Assembly (NCBI GenBank): GCA_000004985.1
Contig: GG738850.1
Reading direction: 5' to 3' (one strand)
Source: Naegleria gruberi
Lineage: Eukaryota
Length of the DNA stretch: 64,000 nt
A program made the translations under genes and the position numbers. The notes below the pieces were generated by a model. It had not been told where the DNA came from. It did no database searches and was given only the letters and a program-made list of their open reading frames with translations. The first letter of the stretch is position 1. The number at the start of each line of letters is the position of its first letter. Positions 31,218-41,516 of this stretch are shown here, piece after piece.

Positions 31218-32342
31218 TTAATTTGTTACAATATTTTGATACTTTTTCAATTCAGTATGCTTAGGTTTGTATAAAACAACAGTACAAAACTTGTCCTTGT
31301 ATCTTTGAGTGACACCAACCTTATTCATGTTATCTCTTTCAGCAAAGTAAGCATGGTTAACAGTGACGTGAAGTGGAATTGGTAAAAGACCTGGATCATA
31401 GTGGAATCTCTTGCTACTATTTAATGGAGTGTAACGCAAGTGAGGAGGTAAAATTGGTGGGTTTTTCTTATTTTCTGGGAAGATTTCTTCTTGATATCCA
31501 TATACATTACTATATTGTTTGGCTTCGCCATCCTTAGCTTCAGTTTTTTCATTTTCCTTTGTGTGATGAGCTGTTGTAGTGTGTGGTTGATGATGTGGTT
31601 GTTTTACAGTTGGAGAAACCTCATGAGTTGGAGAAGTATGAGATTGATGATGTGGTTGTTGTTGACCTCCGTAGGCACCAACACCAACTGGTTGTGGAAC
31701 ACTAGTGGTGGCTCTTCTTGGTGGAGAAGAAGCAGGAACACCAACGTGAGATTTAATTTCATGTTGTCTATTATTTCCTCCAATAACAATTGGTGATGAA
31801 GTTGTGTGATGATGATTTGATGACGATGATGAATTTGATGAAACATCTTCTTCATCTTCCTCTTCTTCTTCTACTTCCTCACTTTCTTCATCAGCTGTTA
31901 TTTCAACAACATTACTCAAATAGCCATGTTCATCCTTCTCAGTAGGTGAATTCAAATCAGTTGTATATTCTCCATCAACAATAAACTATTTTCATCAATA
32001 AATATTAAAATCATCACCATATCGGTTATAAATAATAATTCCAATTAATAAAACACATACTCTATAAAAGTGTTTTCCAACAGAAACGTTCAAAATAACA
32101 ACGAAAGCCTCTTCTTCGCTATTGTAGGACATTGGTATCTTTTCAGACCAATTATTAAAGCTACCAATAATATAAACTTTTCTTCCTCCGTATGGCCAAC
32201 GAAACATTGTTGGTACTTTGGTTTCATTAAAAGCAGCTGGCACATAATTATCATAATATTTATCATCCTTTGGAGTTTGAGCATGAGGAGAGTGGGCTCC
32301 ACCAGATGGTGTTGCTGGATTTTTACTTCCGGTCACACCCAT
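31218..32342 (-). CDS. AMP-activated protein kinase (SNF1 kinase) beta subunit. Two exons: join(31218..31985,32061..32342), about 349 aa; the N-terminus fits the MGxxxS myristoylation motif.
   Basis: Exon 1 holds the CBM48/glycogen-binding domain (KVPTMFRWPYGGRKVYIIGSFNNWSE...VGKHFYR) and ends at a GTATGT donor. A 75-nt intron (31986..32060) ends in AAATAG. Exon 2 continues FIVDGEYTTD... and ends with the ASC domain (VNHAYFAERDNMNKVGVTQRYKDKFCTVVLYKP). The track start at 32348 is a GTG; the ATG at 32342 gives MGVTGSK. Confidence 0.8.
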
Positions 32343-32629
32343 TTTCACTATTAAAATTGATCATCATTAATAATAATTATATTATCCAATATATAATATA
32401 CATATCATATAACACCATCATCATCAACAATCAAAATTTTCAATACATAAAACAATCAGAAAACAACGTACATTAAAGTATTTTGGTGGTGGAGGATATT
32501 TTTTTAGAGTTAGAAGGAAAATAAAAATAGCCTTCAAAAGAAAAAACAAGCAAATTGGGTTATTTTGAATAACCAAGTTGAAAATATCCGAAATTGGGTT
32601 AAAGAATAAAATTCACATTGAAAAAATGT

Positions 32630-33853
32630 TTATACAGTTGATAAACCCATTAATTTTCTCAATTCTTCATAGAGAGGAAGTGTAAGTAAGCAATGAGATC
32701 CAATTCTAATATAATTTGGTACAAATCCACTTGCAAAAGCTCTCACTCCATTGTTTTTCAAAGTTTTAACAGTACAATCAATTAGACCTGTATATTCAGT
32801 CTTGGATGCCATCAATCTGGTTTTGATAACATCAGCTGGATTAGTTGTAATGGTACTCAAAAGACCAGCAACAAGAGAAGCTGTCACGTGAGTATAGATA
32901 TTATCTTGGAAGTAATCAGTTTTGAGAAGTAAATGTTTCACATGATCATAGGTCGATAATTGAGTTGCAGTTAAAATTGAGGCACGTAAAACATTTGGTG
33001 TTGATCCTCTGAAAAGTCCCATAATACCACCTTCGTATTTGGTAATATTATTTACAATTTTAACCCAATTATCAGGTCTTTGTTGAGTAGCAGTTTTAAC
33101 AAATCCTTGCTATTTAATTATTTAATACAAAAATTCAATAATAATTATTAATATATAATTATTCAGTTTTTTGTATTTTTAGATTATTAAAATTCAGTTA
33201 TTAAATAAGATTAAGGTTTCTTGAAATACATACCTGACGAATTTTAACTAAATCACATCCATTACTAACAATACTTCCCAACGAACCTGAAATAGCTCCA
33301 GATAATATTTTAGTTGTCAATCCAACATCTCCACTAACAGTTTGTCCATTATGAACAATATTAGAAATGACACTTTTCAATGGATCATACATTCCCATTC
33401 TTACAGAGCTATAAAACTGCTCTCTCACAACAGCAGCAAATAATCCTCTTCCCACAAGTATTCCAAATCCCTCCTCCTTATACAAATTATAATATGACTT
33501 GGTGAATGATAATTTTTGATGTGTTAATTGGAGACGTGTTTTAACATGATCTGGAGAATTCATCAATCCAGATACGATACCTGCCGATATACCTCCTTTT
33601 GACAGAATTACAATTTGGCCATTTGATAAAACTTACCTGCAACAAACTTGAGCACAGTCTTGTAAATAGATTTGTTCTCTTCCAATCTCTTTTCATATTG
33701 CAAATGTTCATAATTTATCTTGTCATCATGATGTTCGGAAGTTAACAATGACGATGATTCGGTTGTTGGAGCAACTAGAGAGAATTGAACATCAGCAGTT
33801 GTTGTTTGTTTATTATTGCCAACGATATCGGAAGTGGACTTATTGAGCGACAT
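32630..33853 (-). CDS. Mitochondrial carrier (SLC25) protein, UCP/dicarboxylate-carrier-like. Three exons: join(32630..33109,33234..33595,33637..33853), about 352 aa.
   Basis: Three track ORFs carry the three carrier repeats (P.DHVKTRLQ; DLVKIRQ; PADVIKTRLM). Exon 1 ends VLKFVAG|GTAAGT. A 41-nt intron ends in AAAAG and restores the canonical F.AGG.AG...P.D..K.R.Q motif. Intron 2 (33110..33233, 124 nt) runs from GTATGT to AAATAG. Confidence 0.8.
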
Positions 33854-33990
33854 TTTTTTTCACACTTTAAAAACCCTCCCTGCAGATTTGATTGTATCGA
33901 CTTTACTCTTAATTCTTCCTTTCAAGTGGTACTGTAGTGAAGATTCTTAACTGAACGATAATTTACAATGTAAAGTTTATTAAATAATAT

Positions 33991-34860
33991 TTATAATTCA
34001 TCACGATGGATGGTTGTGTTCGATTGGTTGGATTGACTTTGGTCAGAGAGATGAAGATTTCGAATGATTTGACTCAAATCCTTAATTTCCTCATCAGAAA
34101 CAAAGTGACCAACACCATTGTAGATTTTAGTTTTCATATTTTCAACCTTGACTTGGGTTTTCAAGTATTCAAAACCAATATTAGCAAAATCAAACTTGAT
34201 AACAGGATCTGAATCTCCATGCAAAATATGAATTGGAATAAATCTATTACTATTCTTGAATGTTTCATCATCCTTGTAGAGAGTAACAAATCCAGAGGTA
34301 GAAATTATACCTCCCAACTTGTATTTACTTCTCAATCCAACTAAAATACTCATAGAACCTTAATGAATCGAATGTGAGATGACAATGTTGAATTGAAACA
34401 ACATGCATAATTTAGAAAACTCACCTCCTTGTGAAAAACCACCAACAATGATTCTATTTGGTTGAATATTGTTGTCACTGATTTGTAATTGAATAATTTC
34501 ATCAATTAAATTCTTTGATTCTAAAATTCCATCCCTATCCCAATCAGTAGAGCCAATCTTTTTCACATTGAACCATGCATTCATCTTTTGATTATTTACA
34601 GTTATGGTTCTAACGGGAGCATTTGGAATAATTGCCAACATGGAAGGAGGTAAAATGTTCTTAAATAAATTGGAAAATCCTCGATAATTATCACCCAGTC
34701 CATGCATCCATATCAATACCGAGTCCACCTTGTTATTGTTTGGTGTTAAAATTGCACAATTTAATTTTCCAATTGTGGAGTGTGAAATTGTATGTTGGAG
34801 GGACATTTCTATCAAAAACGAGAAAATGAATAGGAGAATGAAACTTTGTCTTGTGTTCAT
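33991..34860 (-). CDS. Phospholipase/carboxylesterase (acyl-protein thioesterase-like, Abhydrolase_2) with an N-terminal signal peptide. Two exons: join(33991..34358,34425..34860), about 267 aa.
   Basis: Nucleophile elbow GGFSQGG, split after GGFSQG-G by a 66-nt intron (GTGAGT...ATTAAG, 34359..34424). Downstream HGDSDPV carries the catalytic Asp and His is in the following region. N-terminal hydrophobic leader. Confidence 0.75.
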
Positions 34861-35036
34861 TGTTTTTTAAAAATTCAACCATTAAATGTTCTCTTAAATA
34901 TTAACAGGTAAGTAAACTAATTTGTACGCACTCAACGTGGTCTGTCGGATTCTATTTACATGTTAAGGAAAACCATTCTTTTTGAAGAACTCAACTATGT
35001 TTGGATTTAAATTCATGATGGTTCTATGTGTACTGG

Positions 35037-35948
35037 TTATGAATCTAAATGAAGGTAATTGGCGAATAACTCTATATTTCCATCTTGACTTTCAATATCA
35101 CACAAGGAAATCAATAAAATTGATTTTGTAAGAACTGGTGAACTATCATACGGTTGTTTGTAGAAAACATTTGGAATATATTGTCTGAGGTGATATGGCC
35201 AGTCATTGTATAAAAAGTCATATTCAAAGTACATGACATTACTCTTAAACTTGTTATCTTCAGAAACTGGTGAATTGATATAATGTCCAATATTTAAATG
35301 GTTTAAAATTGAGTATTGCTTTCTAATTTTCCAATAATTTTCAACATTTCCATCATCGTGAATATATTTGAAATTTAACCAGCTTGAATCACATTGCTTA
35401 ATGTATTGTCCATTTGAAAGAATGATATTATCTCTATTAGCATATGATTTAAAATAAATTTTTGATATAAATCTATCATTTCCATCCACTCTACAATAAT
35501 CAGATCTTTGATTAATAAACATATTTCCAATAGATTGAAAGAATATTGGATCACTAAAATCGTATACTAATCCAGGATATAGACAAAGAACTTGTCCTTT
35601 CTTCACACTTCCTTTCAGAAATATGCCATCTCCTTTAATATTTTCCAAACTTGTCTCCTTTTTCAATAACATGAATTGGCTATTTGTATCTATTAACTCC
35701 TTTCTTTCATGATAATCATGAATTGATTTAAAATAATTTAATAATTGATTTGTTATGTAATCATGAGAGAGGCAAGCCTTGTAATTTTCATCCTTGGTCA
35801 ATAATTCATTTCGGAATGGATCTTCGCCTGTTTGAATATTTGTGAGTTTAAATCTTTTCTGATGATTATCACAAATAATATTAACAATTTTACTTGATAA
35901 ATTCCGATGATGAAGAGATTGGATGAAAGGGCTTTGAAGTTTCTTCAT
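35037..35948 (-). CDS. SET-domain protein (putative protein-lysine methyltransferase).
   Basis: GDGIFLKGSVKKGQVLCLYPGLVY (SET N-region), NIGHYINSP (NHSC-like) and GNIELFANY (ELtfdY-like) in a 303-aa ORF. Confidence 0.6.
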   Translation of the reverse strand: MKKLQSPFIQSLHHRNLSSKIVNIICDNHQKRFKLTNIQTGEDPFRNELLTKDENYKACLSHDYITNQLLNYFKSIHDYHERKELIDTNSQFMLLKKETSLENIKGDGIFLKGSVKKGQVLCLYPGLVYDFSDPIFFQSIGNMFINQRSDYCRVDGNDRFISKIYFKSYANRDNIILSNGQYIKQCDSSWLNFKYIHDDGNVENYWKIRKQYSILNHLNIGHYINSPVSEDNKFKSNVMYFEYDFLYNDWPYHLRQYIPNVFYKQPYDSSPVLTKSILLISLCDIESQDGNIELFANYLHLDS

Positions 35949-35970
35949 TTTTTTAAAGTTTATTTACAAT

Positions 35971-38900
35971 TTATCTTCTGTATTCACGTTGTCTTTCTAA
36001 TTCGACATCAATGAGAGGAGTGTACTTCTTTCTCAATGTTTGAACCTTTTCGTGTGTAATCTTTGAGAAACCGAATGCTGTCTTCATAATCTTTTGACAA
36101 TCAAATTGAGTTTTAACAATATCTTGCATTGTTAACATAATTTCAGAAACATCTGTGGTCTTTAAGAGAGCATCTTGATTCAATTTGAGAATGGCCAAAA
36201 CAGTTCTGAACATCATTTGACTTCCATAACATAAGAATGCATCCCAGAATCTCAAAGTTGTTTCAATTGGGAAATCCACAGTAAATAGTTTCATAAAGAA
36301 GGACATTGTGAAAGTGGAAATCTCAAAATCTATTGACTTGAAGTGGCAAGCTAACTTGTACAAATTTACACTCAATAATTCATCAAATACCATGGCATCA
36401 ACAAGTACACCCTTCAGCTCTGGTGAGTAATAGTTGGCAGGTAAATAATCTTCCAAAATTGCAACAAACAACCAGAAAACTTCTTCCTCTGACAAGTGGA
36501 GTAACATTAAGCCAGCAATATAATTGAAGCTTTGAGAGTAGGAGACGAGAGGATTTCTCCAACAGTAAGCAATTAAAACTCTTCTCAAAGCAGCTTGAAC
36601 CTTTTCGTCATTGTTAAAGTATGGGTGTTGAACATAGGTTCTCTTCAAGTCCTTTTCAATTTGGTCTAACCATGGTGTCTTATTCTTGTTTCCATGAACG
36701 GAAAGAATCTTCTTGTAGTAGCCAGTGTTTTCATTTAGTTTTTGTTGAGCTCCACTGATTTCCATCCAAATTCTAGGTCTAAATATTGGACTGATACCAT
36801 ATTTCTTAATGAGATTCTTAATTCCGCTTGGATTTGAAAGCATTTCATTGATATTCTTCTTGGTCCATTCCTTTTCAAGCTTTTTAGATTTTGAAGTGTA
36901 GGATTTCTTCCATTGTTGATAGAGTTTGTATTCGTTGAGATTTTGTGGTTCTGGGAATCCCAAATTATCCATGACAAAATATTTTCTATTTTGTGAAAGC
37001 AGATTACCAGCAAGCATTTGGCTGAATTGTTCAAGCTTTTCCAATTCAGTAAACTTATCAAGACAATGGTCCGAAATAGCTTGCATTTGATCGTAGGCTT
37101 CATGTAAACATTTTTGATCAGGATAGGTTGAATCTGATAATTTGAATGCCATTTCTTGCAGCCAGTTACCATAGAATTGTACTCTTTCGATTGGAATCTT
37201 TGACAAGACATCTGACAATTTGATTATAGATTTTCCTGCTCTGAAGGTAACAGAACCATTACTGAAAATAGTGCTTCCAATACCCAAAGGTGTACCCATT
37301 GGTCCACCTCCTGAAAGATTAATACTAAGTCTATTACTGCTTGAAGATGATACTGATTGTGAGGCGCCTGCATAAACACTGAGTCCTCTGGTTCTTGCAG
37401 AGTTTTGAGTAATTGGGTTGTATTTGTAATTTTCCTTTTGATATTCAGAAATGGCTTCAACCAATTCTGGGAGGACAGTCTTATCATAGTAAGAACTGTA
37501 TGCAGTATTCTTGCTTTCAATCTCAGCAAGGGTTTGTAAAAGTCTTTCTAAATTGTTAGAGTATGTCTTGTACAATCTCATAGTTGGTACTCTCTTCAAA
37601 ATTAATCTACCAATTTGAATTTCATCAATCTTCTTTGGATCATCATTGCATGTTGTGTAAACATTTTCTAATTCTGTAAACAAGTCCTTGTTTATCATTC
37701 TGATACAATCAAAATCACTAAATATCTCGCTATGTTCTTGCTTTCCAATGTATTGTTTGATGTTTTCATTGGTAACTAAGTATTTGTCAATAATTTCCAA
37801 AATACTCAAGTATAGTTTTTCAGATTGGTAAAAGTTAGTTATCTTTTCAACACGACGATCCAAAGTAATTTCTCCATTAGGTTTCTTTGGAGTAAGTGGC
37901 TGTCTTGGAGTACTGTTTGGAGTTTCAGTTTTCTTTTCTGCCGTTGAAACACTCAAATCATCCATATCGTCCAAGTAATCATGAGATTGAACTCCAATAT
38001 TTGCCAAAATATCCATATCATCTCTATTTTCATCCACCATTACATCAGAATCAGAGTCAGAATCGTTTTGAGCTTGAGTGACCTCGATAAATGTTGAAGC
38101 TTCGAAGGCACTTGGTGTTGTGTCATCGAGTTGTGAATCTGAATCTGAGTCCACTCCTGTGAATTCACTCACAACATCTACTCCCAAAGAAGGTGAAGAT
38201 TTGTTAAGGAAATCGTTTGCAGTCTTTGGAGTGATTGCCTGTTCAGGTTCTTGTGTGTGAAGATTGAGAGATGGAATATGAACCTTTTCGTGTGTGGCAG
38301 GAGATGGAAGTTTTGCTTGTTCCTTTGGTGTTTCTACCACAACTTTCTTTGGTTCTGGTATTGGTTCAACATTTTTGATAATAGGTTTAACTATTTCAGG
38401 TTTCTTTTCTACAATAGGTTCAGGTTTAACTTGCTCTGGTTCCTTAATCTTTACTTCCTCAACTTCTTCTGTTGGTTTCACAGTTGGGGTTGCTTTTTGG
38501 ACTGGAACTTGTTTAGGAGTTGAAGGTTTTTCTTCAACATATTTCATTGTGGATTCAATAATCGCTGGTTCTCCCTTTGAAATAGTGACAACTGGCTTCT
38601 TTTTCTCAATTGTTGGTTTCACAGTAGATTCAGTTTTGATAACAGAGGAGAATTTTCTCTCCTTAACTGGAGAGGATAGGTTTTCAGTGTCCTGCTTTTG
38701 AACATGAACTGCTGCTGCCTTCTTGAACTTGTCTGTTGGAATGACAACTTCCTTCTTTTCCTCTTTTGCTGGAGTTTTAACAGGTTCAATAACTACAACA
38801 GCAGGTTCTGGTTCTTTCTTTGGAGATACAAGTGGCTCTGAAGCATTGAACCCCTGAATTATGGAATCTTCCTCTCCAGAAATACTTCCCCAATGTCTCA

Positions 38901-40976
38901 AAATGTTTCTTACTTGTGCACTTTGTTCTCTTGTTGGTCGAGAGCTGGATGGTGTTTGAGGAGGTTGGTAGACAGGTTTTTCAGGAGTCTTTACTTCAGG
39001 TAAGTCATTGTTAACCTCCTCAACCTGAACGCTTAAGCTTTGTCTTTCAAAAGCCATAACTTCCTCTTCATCAGTTGAAGAATTTGTTGATTTGACTTCG
39101 TCATCTTCATCATCTGATGAAATATCTGATAGAACTTCCTCTTCCTTTTTTCTTAATTGAGATTCTACCAATTCTTCCAAATTAGTTTCAGGAAGGAGAT
39201 GAACAAGAGGTTTCAAACCACCAACTTCTTCGATTCTCTTAAGATTCTCATCTTGGAGCATTAAATTCCACAATGTATGGGCAGCCTTCTTCTTAACATT
39301 ATTAACATCAACAATTGGTGATTCTGATGTCTCAATATCCTCCTTAACGGGATCAATGGATACAATAGAAACCAATGACTCGATACCACCTTCTTCACGG
39401 ATACTATTTGAAGATTCGTCATCAATAGCCATATTTGTAAGAATATTTGATGCTTTTTCAGCAATTTTCAATTCTTGAAGTGATTTGTAGCTCTTCAAAA
39501 ATTGAATAACAATAGGAATACCTCTCAATTCATAGATTTGCTTTCTATTTTCCTTTACAATTGACAAATTGTTTAACAATGTTAAAACGTTTTCCAAAGT
39601 TGTAAAATTATCACTTTCACTAATTGGATAAAGTTGTAACGAGTTGAGCAAAGATGGTATGAGATTTGAATTACTACCCATAATCAACGCATTCTCTTCA
39701 TCTAGAGAAAGTGAGGCCATGGCACCTGTCACTTTATAGACAACATCTCTATACATTTTCATATTCTTAGATGACAACTTGAGAGCAGTCAAAATAATAC
39801 TGCAAAGAATTTCTAAACCTTTCTGTTCTCTTATTTTGTCTCTAACTTCGCGACTATTTCCAGCCATATTCCATAGAATACCACTGGATGTTTTCACTTG
39901 TTCAATATCGTTAATTTTGATAGAACTTGCGGATTGTTTGATTTCTGTGAGTAATTTTTGGATCATTTCACTACTTTCGAATAAATTGTCATTGACAGGA
40001 GTATTATTAGTGGAAGGAGTATTGTTATTGCCAGACTTTTCATTTCTTGGAGATAAAATAAGTTTAGATGAAAGAATCTGAATGATATGTGAAGTATTTC
40101 TCTTCACATTCGCAAATTTAGAATTAGATAATATGATTAACTTTTCCACTAGGATCTTTGTGTCAATAGTATTTTGATTCAAATTTGGAATCATGACAAA
40201 TCTTTTAACATTTTCAATCAATAATAAATTCCACAAGCAGGCAGTCACACCTTCAATTATTTCCTGTGGGTGATCTTCTTCACTACCTGCATTGATTTTA
40301 CAAATCAATGAACAGAGGAAAGTAACTCCACCTAATTTCATAACCTGTTCACCAATTGTACTTTCTAAACAAAGAGATGAGAGTGCAATTAGTAAATTAT
40401 AAATAGTTGTTACATTCTGCTCGTCAACTAATCCACTAGAAACTAATTCTTCTAATGTCTTTATCATATTATTCAAATATTCATTGACTTTTCCTAATCC
40501 AACAAAGTATTCTCTATTCTTTTCATCAATAAATGTATTCAAAAAAGTACAAGTAATGTTTTCCAATACGGAAATATCTTCTTGATGTTCTGGCTTCATT
40601 CTTTCACACAAACTTTCAATGAGTGTGTGCTTTCTCATGACGGAACCACATTGCTCAATTGCAGAAATGTTACACAAGGTAGCAACAGCTCTCTTTCTTG
40701 TTGTTGCATCAGAACTTGCTATTAAATTTGTAATATTTGCAAATCCATTATGTTTTTCTAACTCCTTGACATCATTTTCTATAAATTTCAAATATTCGAT
40801 ACAAGAAGAATCAATAATATTCAACAACAAATTGGTGATTAATTATTACTATTTAATCATAATATCCACATACCTTCTTTAATTAATTTTTGAAACATGC
40901 CAGCAATCTGTGATCGTTTCTTATGATCATCCGAAGGTGTTGTACCTTCCAAGCTACACAACTTTTCAATATTCAT
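35971..40976 (-). CDS. Large Armadillo-repeat plus TBC-domain Rab GTPase-activating protein. Probable two exons: join(35971..40778,40874..40976), about 1636 aa.
   Basis: The main ORF (35971..40830 in the track, which begins at a TTG) has N-terminal ARM-like repeats, a long acidic/Pro/Lys-rich linker and a C-terminal TBC RabGAP domain (IEKDLKRTYVQHPYF...YSQSFNYIAGLMLL). An ATG at 40976 opens a 34-codon mini-exon (MNIEKLCSLEGTTPSDDHKKRSQIAGMFQKLIKE) ending at a GTATGT donor. A phase-1 TTTATAG acceptor at 40779-40780 joins in frame, giving a 95-nt intron. The first exon is less certain than the main body. Confidence 0.65.
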
Positions 40977-41516
40977 CTCCTATCCTAATCTAATGGAAAC
41001 TTGTCAAAGTTGCTTGGGTCAAAGAGAGAAAAAAAGATTTGCTTCGTTTTTTTTAAATGTCTACTTTCGTTCGGGCTATCTTGCGTCACTGGAAACCAAC
41101 AAACATCATCAAATGATTCGTAGTTGAGCAATATTTGTTTTTGGTAATTTAGGAGGAGTGGAAAGGAAATGGTAATTAACTTCGGTTTGTGTATCGTTTT
41201 CTGATGCAGGCTAGTACCACTCTTCATCGATCTATCACTGCAAGGCTATAAATGATATTTCACCAACGTTGGCAGAACATCAACACATATTAATATCACA
41301 TCTTTTATGAGTGCTGTAATCATCAGTGATGATTTTAAAAGAGTTGTGCGTTGATCTATGAAGGTAAATGAACAATTTTTACTTCCTTAATTTAATTGTG
41401 GTCCTATTATCAATGCAAATGTAACTTAATTGCTTGTAGGGGAATTCCTTGTTATTGTTGTTCAATTTTTATAAAAAATAAAATTTAAGAAAAATTATTT
41501 ATTGAATTTCAAAAAA

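Noticed and set aside
38078-38701. Plus-strand ORFs (38078..38260, 38251..38523, 38294..38701) inside the TBC RabGAP gene
   Set aside because: Antisense frames through the acidic/Lys-rich linker, and all lie within a continuous 1600-codon sense ORF.
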